In this document: piece by piece, positions 12,461 to 28,164 of the stretch
How the letters are laid out: each line of letters begins with the position of its first letter
Position numbering within the stretch: the stretch's first letter is position 1
NCBI GenBank assembly: GCA_012295275.1
Contig: CM022665.1
Location: 17,174,001-17,238,000, forward strand
Reading direction: 5' to 3'
Length of the DNA stretch: 64,000 nucleotides
Source: Chrysomallon squamiferum
Taxonomy: Eukaryota > Animalia > Mollusca
Program-made: the position numbers and the translations under genes
The notes under the pieces: generated by a model
What the model was told of the DNA's origin: nothing
Seen by the model: only the letters and a program-made list of their open reading frames with translations
Database searches by the model: none

Positions 12461-15079
12461 CACTCCTAAATATGTGTATCATTCAGCGTTTGTCATTCTT
12501 TTATTCTTCCATCTCCGGTCCTCCAAATTTCTTTCTAACTTCTTGTTCATTTTTCTTTCTATCCAACTCTCCATTACTTTGTTTCACTATATAATAACAT
12601 TATTTTTGTATATCTTTCTTTTCCTCTCTAAATTCCCCACATCCACATTTTCATTTTCCACCAAGAGAACGTAGAAATGCGTGCATACGCAAGCCATCCC
12701 AAGAAAAATTTAATAATTAACATAAATTTCGGAACTAATGATAGGTTTAACGAGGCACGTTTTGTAGTTTTGATTTCTGAATCATTATTCTTCTTTCTTA
12801 ATTAAATATCCGTGGTATTGCCCTGCTGTTTCATTAGCTTACATTCTCTGTAAGTTACACTTTAATAGCCCATTTCCTTTGCAGCCTTTTCACGATATTA
12901 ATGACTACAGCTCTAATAATCAGTCGAGATTAAAATATCTCACTGGAACCTCAGAACATATTTTATTTCGTTATTATTTTGTTGTGGCTTTTGATAAAGA
13001 ATATAGCACAAACTTCAAAATGATATAATATCCGTCTTTGGTAAAAAGATACGGTCTTGTTACGGCCTTGTGTTTGGTTTATTGATGTATTTGTTTGTCT
13101 GTGTAGTCTGTATAACTTCTGTACGTGTTTGTTAGCGTCTTTCGTACGTACCGTGTTGTTTTGTGAATACGAATCTGTGTGAATGTGTTTGTCGACATTT
13201 ACATGTGTGGGTTGTTTGTGCTAGAATACATTTAACTGTGTTTTTGTGTGAATGTGTTTCTGCATGGTTGCTATTATGTGAATTTTCTCAATTATTTTGA
13301 AAGACAAGATAAAATGCCAATAAAATCCATAGGTATCAGAACTGTCATTCTGTATAATGACTGTGCAGTAATAAAATAGAACAGAAGAAAAAAAAGGTCG
13401 TCTCAGTTTAACAATGTTTTGGTTTATATTCCTCCCGGTCGAGGAAGGCTTTAGTACTTACAAACTCCGAGGTATGTGTTTTCCTGTCTGTACTAAAATC
13501 TGATTGACAGATATACAGGACTAAAGCGGGTATCTTCTCTCATATTTAATTTATATATATATATTTCATTTCGTTTCAGTTTACTTGTCTACAATCAGTG
13601 TATAATTATTATGTCTTCAAACATACAGACTGACAAAAATAATTTTATGACAGAAAAAATATAAATAAAAAATAAATAAATAATTAAAACCAACATCTTT
13701 CAGTGACAAATCACAGAGTTTATTATTACACATTTTAGCACTAATCTACAATAGAGAAAATACAATGCTCTAAATACGATGGAGGAAATATGAAGCAAAG
13801 AAGAGCTGTACGTTGTGTTTTCCTCCGAGAAATTCTTTACGTTAGGTACACAGATATTTAGTTACACCTAACTTGAGAAACAACGACGGCTACAATTACA
13901 TTAATATTAAGTAAAACGCTCTTGTTATGGCGTAAATTAAAACTATTGAACAAGTTTTGTTAACTGAGTCGGTTGTCTGTCGTTAAACCTTTAGACAGTG
14001 AAAAAGAGAACTAATAGCTATTGACCGAATTTATCGGTTTTTTCTAATTCAATGTAATTACTAATAACAGCCCGACATTACAAAGAATACAATAATGGTT
14101 TAAGAAAACATGAGTATGTGTGTATGTGTAACAAAAGAAAATCATTTTTTAATCATCATCATCATCATAATCATCATCGACATCATTATTAATACAGTTA
14201 CTAATACAATGATAGTGGCAATACGGTATTTGTTAATGGATGAGTAACCATTAAAAAAAAACGAAAAAAGAGAACTTAGGAAATATAGAAAAAAGAACGA
14301 ATGACGCGAGTAAAAAATTAAAACTAGGAAAAATATGTGAAACAGAAAGAAAAAATAATGAAGGAAAACAGGACCAAAATAGAAAGAAAGCATACATTTA
14401 AATAATAATAATAATATATAATAATAACTATAATAATAATAATAATAACAATACTACTACTACTACTACTACTAATAACAACAACAGCAGCAGCAGCTGC
14501 AACAACAACAATAATAACAACAACAACAATAATAGTAATGAAGATAACAAAAACAACAAAATGAAGAATGAATATTATTTCTATAAAAAAATTGTCACAT
14601 TGTTCCTAGAAGTCACGATTCGTTGACAGTCATTCGTTTTAAATTAGTTTTCAATATCGCTTTCGAAATCGTTTTCAAATTAGCGGAGCGATTTATTTAA
14701 AATCCGTGCATTTAGTGCAGTCACGTGACTCATAGTTCTACTATTCGTTACTTGAAAAAAAAAAAAAAAAAAAAAGATAAAGATAAAAGAAACCCACCTA
14801 AAACAAATCAGTCAAAAATATTTTCTGCTTTTTTTCATGACAATTTGAAAAACTTCCCTTTCATTTATTTTTTTAGTTACAGAATCACGGAGTTCTCCAC
14901 TTTCTGAAAAACCAACCACACAGATTTCTCACACTGTGAGGAGACCTGTTCAAACGTCTTACACCAAATTTAACTGCTGAGAAGTGAAATAAGATTTTTA
15001 CTGTCACATGAAGCTGATACTCAATCACTTGAAATTAGACACGTCAGACACACGAACTGGCTAAGAGCGACTCCTGCGA

Positions 15080-15680
15080 AAAACAGTACAATACAATATA
15101 ATACAAGGCGATACAACGTAATACAGTGTGATACAAGGCAATACAACACAGTGCGGTAAATGGAATATAGTACAACTGAAATGCGATACAATATGATACA
15201 ATACAATGCAATACAACTCAATACAATTACAATGTGGTACAATACAATTGCAATGAGATACAACGCAATACAATACCATGTGATACAACGCTATACAATA
15301 CAATGCGACAGAAAGCGGTACAGTAATAAAAAGAAAAACAATGCGAGACAACGCACGGCAATACAATACATAATATAATACTAAACAGCAGGATAATACA
15401 CAACACAGTGCAATAAAATACAAAGCTTTACAACTCAATACAATACAAAACAATGCGCTACGATCCAATACAATATAACGTAAGTTGTAATACAATGAAG
15501 TACGATAATTTAGATGCAGCATTATAAGTAAAAAAACACACACACACGAGAAAGACAGTACAACACAACAGGATCATTACGACTGGATACAAAACGATAG
15601 CGCACAGTATGATACGATACATTTGGTACAGTACGATACCACACTATACGATTCGACACAGTACCATACAATACAAACAG
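15080..15680. repeat. Degenerate (AATAC)n pentanucleotide array
   Basis: AATAC/GATAC/AGTAC units over ~600 bp; source of the Cys/Tyr/Ile-rich ORFs on the minus strand. Confidence 0.9.
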
Positions 15681-15749
15681 GCAATGAAAAGAAACCAAAA
15701 ATATAAAGTATTAAATCAACAATAGATGTCTTAAGCATATCTGATCTGG

Positions 15750-15781
<32 letters not shown>

Positions 15782-17203
15782 AAAAAATAAATTAAAAATA
15801 ATAATAACAACAATAGTAAACAAAAAATAATGAATGATGATGATGATGATGATAATAACAATACTAAAATTAGCTTTACCATCAAATATATTAAATATAT
15901 CAAAATAATAATTATTAAATAATTTTGTAAATTACATGGACTGACATGTTTTCTATGCAGGACAGACTATTTTATTTATAAAGAGAACTGGTTGAAATTA
16001 TTAAATAAACAGAAAAAGTAAAAGACGGTTTAAAAGGAAAAAGGGTTTACAGTATTACATTTGCAAAAATGAGTAAAGGGGATTTTTCAAGGGATGTTTA
16101 TTTTTTTTATTATTATTTTTTTAATATGTATATACACAAATATACACATACAGTTTTACCTTTTTTTTTTTTTTTTTTTTTATTTTGTTTGTTTGTTTGT
16201 TATTTGTTTTATTATTATTATTATTATTATTAATTTTTATTTTTTATTTATTTATTATTAACTTTGCTATAATATATATATACTGAAATGAGAAATTTAT
16301 AGTTAAATACGAAACCTGAAATGTGCAAATTACAATCACATGTTTATTTTTATTCTTCCTTTTTTTCTCTTCATCATAATCACCGTCACTATCATATTTC
16401 TTCTTCTTTTTTCTCTCATTTTAAAAAAGAAAAACGAAACAAAGAGTTAATGAATAAAAGTGGAAGAAAAAGGATTATATAATGCCATGATATACGCCTC
16501 CATACAGAATCATTTCCTGTAAGAGGAGAACAGATTACTTACGAAAATGCCTCAACACATTTTATTATCTATAATTCAAGACAGATCATTCTGAGATAAC
16601 ATCTGTTTCATTGTCATAAACTTCATTCTTTTTAATGTTTCATTTTCTCTAACAATATCGCAATCTATATTTCCTAAAACAACCCTAATTAATGATACGT
16701 TTTAAAACTGTCAAGTTTCAGCAAGAGTAAGCGAACCTAATCGACTGGTAGTCGTTTGTTGCAAGCAATAATAGTGACAACGCCTTTGTTTGATGGCACA
16801 TTTAAAAAACAAAAATCTATTTCTGAAGGTGAAGGTCGCGGATCGGAGAATCAACATGGCGTGCAGAACTGATTGGTTTGTAAATATTTAGTGTTGCAAG
16901 GAAAATAGCCGCGACTTGCATCGAACATAGATTTGTCCCATACATAATTTAATGTGTACCCATTGTTGTACTAATTTATACCCGTAAATATTTTGTGTTC
17001 CTATTGTTTGTTTTATTCTATCACTGAACCGCACTCTTAGCTAATAATAAAGAATCGCAATAATGTAATAGACCTTGGAACTTCAAGAATGCTGCTAGTT
17101 TCAGTTTCATTTCCTTATGTACTCGTGACGTCACATCTAAAAATAAACTAGATAATGATAGATCATCAATTTTAGTTTCATTATTTGTGAGAAAAATAAA
17201 TAC

Positions 17204-17227
17204 TCAGAACTAATATCTAAGTGACTG

Positions 17228-17304
<77 letters not shown>
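17204..17304 (+). repeat. Dispersed repeat end followed by (CT)n, copy 2
   Basis: TCAGAACTAATATCTAAGTGACTGAAGT followed by (CT)n; matches 2418-2445. Confidence 0.7.
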
Positions 17305-17308
<4 letters not shown>

Positions 17309-18469
17309 GGTCTTTTTCTCTCCGTTTTTCATTGCAACAACATTCATCCAATTTCATCATATTGTTATCGATTCCACACTCGTTTAAAAGTAAATAACTT
17401 ATTTATTTTTCAGCTTTGTAGACAAGATCACAACGTTTTTCAGTGATATTGTATGTTGGCACAGGCTGGTAACTGTATAAATACATTATCTACACCTGAA
17501 TGATTGTCCCGTTTACATTTTTCTCAGAAATCGATATGTCGATATGATTTTACATTTTCATTTTTTATCAGGTGCGAATTAAGAGGGAATTCAACGGGAT
17601 GCTGACCCTCTGTTACAATCCCTGTTTTAAATGCCCAATCAGTACATGCAAAAATAATTTTTGTGTTCGTTCTCAGACTGACTGATTTTCACACACAAAA
17701 ATATAAAATAATAATAAATAAAATAAAAATATTATCGCTATTGGAAGATGTAATAATAATAATTTCATTTCCAAGAGAAAAGGATCAAATCTACACTGTA
17801 TATGGACTATAACTACAACCTGGCACTGTTCGGACTAGTACCCTGATTATGGAGTCAATAGTCCATTTCATCATATTATAACTACAGAATACATGATAAT
17901 AAAATACATAATTATGAACATATCTAACTTATGTTCAATAAAATTATTTTTAAAAGTTAACCTCAAAATTTGACAGATGACGTTTCTTCTGTGGTCTTAA
18001 ATCACATTAATTACAGTCAAAAAGTGATACACGAAAATACACCCTTGTCAGATATGAATGATTTCCAGTCAGACAAAACAGATTAATTATTGCGATAAAT
18101 CTCCATTTACTTAACATAGTCAACCCAGAGCTTCAAAGATAGAAAAATACGACACAGTGATGGTTAAAGACGTAAAACGAGATAAGAGTGATTTTGTACT
18201 TTGCGAGAGCGATGTGTACTTTCAAACACGTAGCAAGATGAATGACGTAAACAGACATTTTAAATCAGAGAGTCAATGAAATAAACGAACATGTGAATCA
18301 ATACAGAATTGAAGTAGTGAATCAAGAAATGACAAATGAATTGAAGAATTAAATTAAATTAAAGAATCAGCAAGTCAGTAAATGAATGAAATAAAACAAT
18401 CACAGAATCGATGAAGAAAATGAATCAGGACAGTTAAACAAATCAGTGATTCAGTTAAATAAGCAATAA

Positions 18470-18610
18470 ATGAAACAGTACAAAAAGGTTTACAAATATA
18501 AGTACAAAAAAGTACAGATGTTTACAATACAGTACGGACAGGTTTACAAATAAAGAATAGAGAAGTTTACAAATACAGTAAGAGACAAGTTTGAAATACA
18601 GTAAGTCATT
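18470..18610. repeat. Degenerate ~23-bp tandem repeat
   Basis: ACAGTAC....AGGTTTACAAAT repeated about 6 times. Confidence 0.7.
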
Positions 18611-19429
18611 GCGATGATAAATGATACACAATTTAGTAATGGGTAACAGCAAATCAAAATACTAAACACTTACAGAGGTTAAATGGGGCATTGCCAGGAC
18701 TTTAAATTATATGATAATCAAAAGATATCTTATTTGGCAAAATGTGTTGACAAAGAATGATTATATAACAAGAGAAATTATGGAGATAACGCTGGCTTTT
18801 AGCTGTGGTTTGCATGCTCAAAGCCAGTCTCGGTATCTAGCAAAGACGATGTTACGATTTTTTCCACTTTCCCGTGTTGATTCATTTGAACGTAATTCAG
18901 AATTCTAATCACTTGTAGTTATGGCCATGAAAAAAGAACGTTAACTCGCTGTAATCTCTACATCACCATGAGCAACATGATCCGTATGTATCGCTAGACG
19001 TTCTGAATAGTCCTGATGAAATAAAACTAAATCGTGATAGAGGGAAATGTTAGCTAAATATGAACAGAGAAAATTTATAAATCAGTAAACAGTGTCCAGT
19101 GGTGTATTGAATTACAGAACGCGTACGAATGCCAAACAATTGTTCTCGATGCTTCGTTTTTACTGCAAATGAGAATGTGCCAAATCTGTTAGTGATAACA
19201 TTGCAGGGTGATAACCTGAGTCATGTATTGCTTAGTTATGTGCGATTCGCCGGAAATATCGATCAAAGTACGCGTTATTTATGTGTCATTACGCCTTTCT
19301 TTAAGTAGTCCACGAGTCAGATATAATTCATGTACCCAGTTATTGACTAGATCAAAAATACATGATTTTTGTGTTATGTGTATCTTATTTATATTGCATT
19401 GTTTGCATTTGTTAATAGCAATTAATAGC

Positions 19430-19431
<2 letters not shown>

Positions 19432-19470
<39 letters not shown>

Positions 19471-19492
19471 GTATATTATAGTAATAGTAATA

Positions 19493-19572
<80 letters not shown>

Positions 19573-19625
19573 AAGAAGAAGAAGAAGAAGATGAAGAAGA
19601 AGAAGATGATGATGATAATGATCGT
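19432..19625. repeat. Compound (AAT)n(GAA)n(GAT)n microsatellite
   Basis: Directly visible. Confidence 0.96.
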
Positions 19626-19922
19626 GGTGATTTTTGATAATGATACTAACAGTAATGACCACCTTGACTACAATGAAGAAGATGAATAAATTAATAAAAG
19701 CTTAATAAAAGCTTAACATCGACTACGTTGGTTACAACAACAAGGACAATGTTGAAAACAAGGAAGAGAAATATAACTAACCCGTTTACTTACAAGAACA
19801 AGGATGACGAATTAATATCCCCAACACCTGCTATGTTCCATATTTACATTGAAATGTGCCTTAATATTCTTCTGCAGACAAAACGTACATCTGCCTCACA
19901 CATGGCTAATCGCTTCGATTAA

Positions 19923-20240
19923 TACCAGAGTTCATTACAAGCCGAATTCTGTCTAGAATTTTGCCTCTATACCCACAACATATCTATTTCTATAAATACA
20001 CAGCTTTTACAATATTAGTTAAAATATTAAAATGGAAACTTTTCATTTATCTCTGTTGTGATCATTCTAAATTGTATTCAAAATTTATTTTTACCAGAGT
20101 TCATTACAAGTCGAATTCCCTCAAGAATATTGTGCCTATACTAACATTAGTTAAAATATCAATATAAAAAATATATTTATAAGAAAAAAGGTTGAATAAA
20201 ACCTTGCATTTGTCTTCATTGTGATAACTCTAAATTAGAT
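19923..20240. repeat. Local tandem duplication of ~170 bp
   Basis: TACCAGAGTTCATTACAAGyCGAATTC at ~19923 and ~20092; both are followed by ATTAGTTAAAATAT and TTGTGAT...TCTAAATT. Confidence 0.8.
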
Positions 20241-20249
20241 GACGAAGAA

Positions 20250-20310
20250 CTGAACTTGCTATCCACCAGACATCAAGCAAAAGCTCTAACCACTAAATCA
20301 CAGAACACGC
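20250..20310 (-). mobile_element. Possible decayed tRNA-derived SINE head
   Basis: Minus strand reads GTGATTTAGTGGTTAGAGC...CAAGTTCAGTTC, i.e. A-box-like and weak B-box-like motifs at tRNA-like spacing. No cloverleaf recognisable. Confidence 0.3.
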
Positions 20311-23039
20311 CTTACAATCAGCAGTTGTGATGTCCCGTTCGGTCTTCCATACAATGCGGACAAACTAAACTACATTGTCATTGCTGAATTGTCTGGGGAA
20401 CGAAGCAAACGATATAAAATATAAGCCGCTAAAGTGGAACATTAACATATGTTTTTAACAGAAACTACACAGTATAAAATTTCTTTTAATTCTTAATTAA
20501 TAATTACTCGAATGTTCTAAAGTGTTCCAGGATTTGTTTACAGATTTATTTTCCAGTTAATGAATACACTCCGGATCGCTCGTAAAGCCTAAAGACTTGA
20601 CTCGATGATACGTATTTCCAGGTTTTATTTCACTTGATTTTTTTAATTATAAGAAAAAATGGAATATAAATAAACATTTAACATCATCTGTTTTATATAT
20701 ATGTATTAAAATATTTTCAAACATAAGTAAAGAATAAATAAATAAATGTTTAATTTTTAAAGAAAGAAAAAAAAAAAAATAATAAAACGGAAGAAAAAGG
20801 AAGAATAAAGAAAGAAAGGAAGGAAGCTGGAAAAATGGTTACCATAAATAACTTATTATCAAGCAATCCGATTAAAGCAAATTCGTATGATTCGTATGAA
20901 AAATAACAAAACAATATTAATCTGATTTCAAAATATGAGAACGTTACAAATACAAATTTGAAACAAAATACGAGTCATTGTTAGAAAAACTGCCGATGAC
21001 ATTTGTTTTCACCATAGAAATTTTGGAATTGAAAAAAAAAAATATATATATATATATCTGTAGGGACAATCTGTGGGGTTTTTAAAGTAATTATTTGTAG
21101 CTGTTTTTTCGTATTAAAGAGAATCGTTTAAGGATTAGATGCGAATTCCATTCAGTCGACAAAGATTTAGCATTAGGAGAAGTAGCTAATATATGTTGTG
21201 TCTAGACAATACTGGAGCAAAAGAAACATTAATGAATAGATTTATGTGAGAAAAAAACTAAACTTATTTCATCACAAAACAAGCTTTGTTCGGATTGTAT
21301 TATATTGTACTGAATACTCGGTATTAAATGATAAATTATCTGTTCTGTTTTCGTTTTCATTTATAATAGCTTCCATTCTATACTGGGCGATAAACGTTTT
21401 GGTATCGCTTCTGGTTTTCTTTCTTTGTATGGTGCATTTGTGACTATACTGATCGATAAAGGTTACAGTATCTTTTCCCTTTTTTTTAAAGCATTCAAAT
21501 TCTGTTGTTTAGAAATTAGTCAATGTTTACCAGCTCAGAATATCATATATGCTGGAAAATTAGGAATTTCTTATTTATTTATTTATTTAGAATTTATGGA
21601 GTTTTTTTAAAGAATAATATCTACAGAGTGTAATTATGATTATATAATAACAACCATTGTTTCTGATTATAATCAGTTTAAGGAGATTTAGTTCATGTAA
21701 GCAGATTATTATTTTGTTACTTTAAAAGGTAAATTTCCATTTAACGATCAACATGACATAAATGTCAGTAGTAATAGTAGTAGTAGTAGTAGTGGTAGTA
21801 ATAGTAGTAATATTAATAAAAATAACAATAAAACTAATAATAATAATAATAATAATATAATAATACTGATGATGCTGACAATAATAATAAATAACAACTA
21901 CTAATAATTATTAAATAATTCTGATGATGTTGACGATGATGACTATGATTAAACCAATTACAACAATAAAGTGATATTTTATGATTTTAACAAAACAAAA
22001 CAAAATCACACTTTTTTGTTTCTTCTTTAAGAAATGTGTTTTTGCTTACAGATAACTTTAATATGTTTCGTGTCTAGATCTTATCACGGTTTTATTTTGG
22101 GTTAAAGCATAATACGACTGTGACATTACAATTCCGTGTAAAAGCTTGGTTGCGTCACTTCCTTCCTTTCAAAGACGTAACTTAATGCATTGATTTTCTT
22201 TCTTCTTCTTTTTCTTTTTTTTTAAAAATTATGTTGTGCTGATACGTACGATAATTTTGCTAATGATTAATTACCTGACATTAAGGTACAAATGAATAAA
22301 TCACTGACAAAGTTGTTATATTGATCATTCTGTAGATCGTGTTACAACGGTCCTAGACTCTTCAGACTTCTTGCATTACTGCCATACTTGATTGTTAGCA
22401 AAGGTTGGTTCCTGTAATTTTCAAAAAGTAGAGAATGTTTGTAGACCTTCAGTTCATACCAACACGGATGCAATTTAATCTATATAATATATATATATAT
22501 ATATATATTTTTTTTTTAAATTAAACAAATACTTTTTTAAATTAAATTAAACTGACAGCGTAGAGAAATAGATTTAAGACGAAAGAAAGAAAGAAAAAAA
22601 AATTTCGATACAAAGAAAGAAAGAAAAAGAAATAAAGAAAGAAAAAAGAAAGAACGAAAAATTAAATACTGGCATGCAAGAGAGAATAGTGAATATTCCG
22701 TCCAAAGCAATGTAATTATGATGCACAGTATGTTAATGCATATTTTTCAGAACTATATTTAAACAAAAATCAGACTTCGCAGTCAGAGTTGTTTAATAAT
22801 ATCACATTTATATGCACTGAAAACAACAACAAAAAAAAAATATAGCATTTCAGTAGCTTTTATTTCTTCAGAAATAATGCATATGTCTAGACAAAGATTT
22901 AAATTTAATCAGTTTTTATCCATTGCCAACGTATTTTGAGATTTACAGTAAACTTTATTTATTTTGGTATGATTCAAAATTAATTTTATAACAATATTAT
23001 GGTCAGAAATATTATTATTATCAATACAAATACGAATCT

Positions 23040-23473
23040 CTGTTCTTTCTTTCTTTTTCTTTCTCATTTTGTTTTGTTTCTTTTTTCTTTATCGACTTTC
23101 TTTCTCTTTCGCTCTTCTTTCTTTTTTCGATCTGTCATTTCTTTCTTTCTTTTTCTCGTTTATTTTCTCTTCTTTCTTTCTTTTTTGACCGTTTCTTTCT
23201 CTTTCTCATTTGTCTTTCTCTCTTTCTTTTTTCTCTCTGTTATTTCTTTCTTTCTCTTTCTCTCTTATTTCTTTTTTCTCTCTATCACTTCTTTCTTTCT
23301 TTCTTGTTTTTGATACTTTCTTTCTTTCTTCCTCTGGAAATCTCAGCATCTCTCTGTACCTTTCCTAGACTCACTCACTCACTCTCGTTCTCTCTCTCTC
23401 TCTGTCTGTCTGTCTGTCTGTCTGTATGTCTGTCTGTCTCCTCCTTTCTCTGTCTCTTTTTCCTCTTTTTTCT

Positions 23474-23567
<94 letters not shown>

Positions 23568-23570
23568 CAG
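23040..23570. repeat. Polypyrimidine low-complexity tract with (TCTG)n and (CT)n
   Basis: Directly visible. Confidence 0.93.
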
Positions 23571-24264
23571 ACACACACTTTTTGTCTGTGGCTTTCTTCT
23601 TTCTTGTTATCGTTTTTGTTTACCTGCTTATTTCGATTTGCAGGCTTTGATCTTGTACAGTATTTCGTTGTGGTTATTGGTTATCATCTCGGGTTTGTCG
23701 CATTGATTGTTTAAGTCCAAATAAAGAACGTAAAATAAGAAACTTCCGCCAGCTCTACTTATTGTTCAACTACCAGCGACAAGAATATCGCCATCATGTT
23801 TATTTCGTATTTGTGATTTCCATAACAGATCATAGAATCACCAAAAGATTATTTTCATCCTTGTCATCAAAAAAAAAAAAAAAAAAAAAAGAAACGAAGA
23901 AGAAGAAGAAGGGGAGGAAAAATAATATGGAAAAAAAAAATGAAAACACGAAGATGAAGAAGAAGAAAGTGATTGATTAAAATTTAGTCTGAAGATATCC
24001 ATATTTTAAGAATCTTGAGTTTCTTTTTATCTTTTACATGGAAAAATAACAGTCTAGTCTGCAAGATGAAATGATCTGTGTTTTTCATTCTTCTACATTA
24101 CAAAGGGGAATTTGATGTGGGTAGTTTAACACTGTGACTCGCAGGTACGTCAGACTTCTGTTGTTTGATCTTTCAGATCACTGGTACAAATAGGTGACAT
24201 GATACTTAGCCATGCAGCAGTAGGAAATGTCTTACACCCGACTTGACCACATAAAACAAGACCC

Positions 24265-24530
24265 GTGTTATTTGAAACAGTTATGTGAATAACGGGGAGG
24301 GGATTGTGTTATTTGAAACGCTTAATTAATTAACGGGGACGAGTTTGTGCTAAACTGTTATATAAATAACAGGGAGTTGACTGTTATTTGAAACAGTTTT
24401 ATAAATAATGGGAATTGGACTGTGTTATCTGAAACACTTATATGAATAACAGGGACGAGTTTGTGCTATTTGAAAGAGTTATATAACTAACTGGGAGAGA
24501 TTGTGCTATTTGAAAGAGTTATATAAATAT
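24265..24530. repeat. Minisatellite, ~37-bp unit, ~7 copies
   Basis: TGTG(T/C)TATTTGAAACAGTTATATAAATAACGGGGA... repeated head-to-tail. Confidence 0.9.
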
Positions 24531-25950
24531 CAGCTCCAGTTACCTGACAATGCAGTTATGCAAAATAATAATATTCCACTTTCGTTACGATATGGGTTAC
24601 TCCTACCAATTACCTCCTTTCAGAGAGGTAATATTTTTTTAGGTATTTAAAAAAATAATAATAACAATAACCAAAAAGCCAGTCATTTCCTAATATTATA
24701 ACATTTCTAAGTAAGCAGGAAACGCTTTCCTAACCACGATATATTTAACTCAATTCCTGGATCGTTTTCCTTTATTCCAGTGTGTTAAAACAAATAACAG
24801 GGATGGAGGATAACCTGATAATAAAGTTTTGTTGTGAAAGGTAAAGCGGCTTTGTTATTTTGCAGAAAGGTGAGGGTTTTGTGGAGTCCTTCTTGTTCAT
24901 TCTGCGACTGAACGATGAGATGCTAATTTCTTCAAACAATAATTTAATTTGATCACCTGAGTTTTGTAATACATATAAGGCATAAAATACATCATTACAA
25001 ATTAAAACTAAAGAAAATTTAAAATAAAATAAAAATAAATAAATAAATAAATTAATAATGATGAAGATGATAACAACAACAACAACAATAAGAACAAGAA
25101 CAAGAATCATGATCATCATGATGATGATAATGATAATGGTTATAATAACAGTAATTATAATAATAATTATGATGATGATTATGATCACTTGGCTTTTATA
25201 TAGTCAGCTAGAGAATCTCATTTAATCAAATAAAATCTCTCTCTCTCTCTTTATCTATCCTTCTATCTCTCTCGATCTGTTCATACATCCTTCTATTCAT
25301 CTATCTACCAATCAGTCTATCTATCTGTTTGTCCATGTTTATATTCTGATAAGTATCTGAATATCTCTTTTTTTTCAAAAACCTACTTTCCCTGCGCATC
25401 TTTCTGTGAATCGTTTTATTTCGGCTTCCCCTCTGTCCATAACTTTTCCCCTTTTTTCAATTCTTTCCTAGGGTTACCTGTATATGTGGGTTAATACTTG
25501 TCTGTATATTAGTCTACTTTTCATACCTTTGATGTGTGTTTGTAACTATTTAAGTAATGATTACACCTTTATGCCAACAAATATACAAGTCTGGAAGAAA
25601 GCTTACGTTTCATTAGAATTTTCAAGTTATCCTTACTAATCTTTGAGACTCCTGTATTTTCATTAGTTCAGTGACATCAAGATTAGAACTTTCTTTTTGT
25701 TAAACGTAGAAACATATTAAATACTTTCCAAACAGCAGTTTAAATTTGTTAGCTTCTTTTCAGTTATTTTTCTTTATCATTTCTCTTTATTTTCCGATCT
25801 ATCTATCTATATGCCGTTACATCTCTCTGTGTATCTGTCTACCTACATGTCTATCTGTCTCTGTCTGTTTTTCGATATATTTATCCACCACTATCTTTCT
25901 CGTTTCTATTTATCTTCCTGTTTATTTTAGTGTGTCGCTGCATGTATGCC

Positions 25951-26048
<98 letters not shown>

Positions 26049-26518
26049 TCTCTCCCTCTCTCTCTCTCCCTCTCTTTAAAAAGTAACTAAGGAAAAACAT
26101 ATCAAGTATCTATTTCATATTTGTTTCATGCACATAAGCAGCTTTCATAGCAAATGCAGTAAAATAAAACTATACAAATGACAGAAAAATAATTGTGGTT
26201 TGAGGCCAGTAATGATAATAATGTGCATTTTTCTTCTTCTTTGGGGATCGATATTCATATGGCGTCCTGCAGCAGCCGCTGACGTTGATGGTGTGTCCGT
26301 ATATTTGTCCTGGTGTGATCTCGTTTATTTTGCCTGCAGTGACTAACTCTGTGAAGCCGTTTAGTGAAATTTGGATAGAGTGATTTGATTTTAACAGTAA
26401 TTATTATTATTATTATTATTTTTTTTTTTTTTTTTTTTGTATATATGTTGTTGTTGTTGATGTCGATCATGATGATGATTTATGATTTACGATTCTGAAG
26501 TGCCATGTGTTTGGTAGA

Positions 26519-26552
<34 letters not shown>

Positions 26553-27081
26553 ATATAAAGAGTGGAAGAGCGCGCGCGCACGAGAGAGAATGAGATTAAC
26601 CCATCCCTTGTTGAACAAAATTAGTTACATTTCTCTTCATTGGATGTAATCCTCGTTTAAATCCAAAGATTACATTTTTTTTTTTCAAAGTGGAACGATC
26701 CAAGCAGACAAACTATGGACTTTATTTATTTTTATCTTTTTTTTTCCCGATGTATATTAGTTTAAAAAGAACTAAATAATTAACAGAGTGAACGTCATTT
26801 AATTCGCAGAAGACATCCAAATTACTGAAATCCGAGACTGCGTAAAACAATAGATAAAAGATGAATAACTCGATGTATGAAATACAAAAATAATTGTCTG
26901 CGAACAAAGATGAATCGTTTGTAAAAAGCCTACACCAACAATTAGGTCCTGATGTGAAGGTCATTGAACTCTTGCAATCTACTAATTAGAGAACCAGACA
27001 GGAAGTGTTATTTTTTAAATAAGTGACTAACTTCATTTTTTCCTTTTGAATTTTTTTTATTATGTATATAACAAAAATAAA

Positions 27082-27138
<57 letters not shown>

Positions 27139-28093
27139 GTAAAAATACGTTTTTTAAAATATTTTTATTTTTATTTTTAATAATAATAATAATAATTAAT
27201 AAAAATAATTAAATAATTTTTTTTAATAATAAGGAAACAAAGAAAGAATGAAAAAATAAAATTTTTAAATAGGAAAACATACTGAAACATTTGCAGAGTA
27301 CATATATATATAATTGATATTCTTCCGAGTTACGTAAAAACCATTAACGAAACAACTTCTAAAAATGTCAAGACTATCTTCTGTAAGAGCACACTTCATT
27401 AAAAACACGTGAATTCGTCTCCTTTTTACAAGGTTTTCACACACTGCTTCGTCTTCTCAACACTGATGTACGCCTGTCATGGGGTAGAAACTCCTGGCGG
27501 ATGTGTAACAGACTGGTGTAATGACATGACGTAAAGAAACCCCAGTCGCTCAGACAGCTCTAAAAACTTGTTAATTGTAGTTAAAAGTCTCAGTAAAAGA
27601 CGATGTTAGTGCTTCCGTAGAAAAACCTACGGTGACTGATCATCACAGTTCCGGATCTGTAATGCAAGCGAATTACTTGATGTGTATCAGATTGTGAAAA
27701 TTGTTCGTGAATTCTGAATCCAAGATGGCGTCTTGTCAAAGGCTAATAAACACGCGCTGACACAGCAGCTTTGTCGTCTGATAAATAGTTTTAAAAAAAT
27801 GATGATAATAAAGAGAATCATATATGGCAGCGTGACTAAAATAAATAATTGTTTTAGCTAAACCGAAGGCGGCTGTCTGACAAGTGTATTAAAATAAACA
27901 AAGCTAAATCCAAAATTGTTGCCCCTGATTTAATAATAAAAAAACCCAACAAAAACAACAACAAATATATATATATATATTTATATCTTTCAAAATTATA
28001 TGAAAATTAATAAAGTAATAAAAGTGAAATGATTATCATAGACATCGTAAATAAAATACTATTCAAGGATAATTTAGTAAAATTAATAAAATA

Positions 28094-28164
<71 letters not shown>

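Noticed and set aside
12163-12674. SLSL/ERER/YYYY/LLLL-type ORFs here and throughout the track
   Set aside because: Microsatellite translations without coding features.
15021-15903. Cys/Tyr-rich ORFs up to 160 aa
   Set aside because: They derive from the (AATAC)n array and other simple repeats.
19325-19370. TGACTAGATC resembling the 5' end of miR-279, near a short inverted repeat
   Set aside because: The match stops after 10 nt and no pre-miRNA-like hairpin pairs the putative mature arm.
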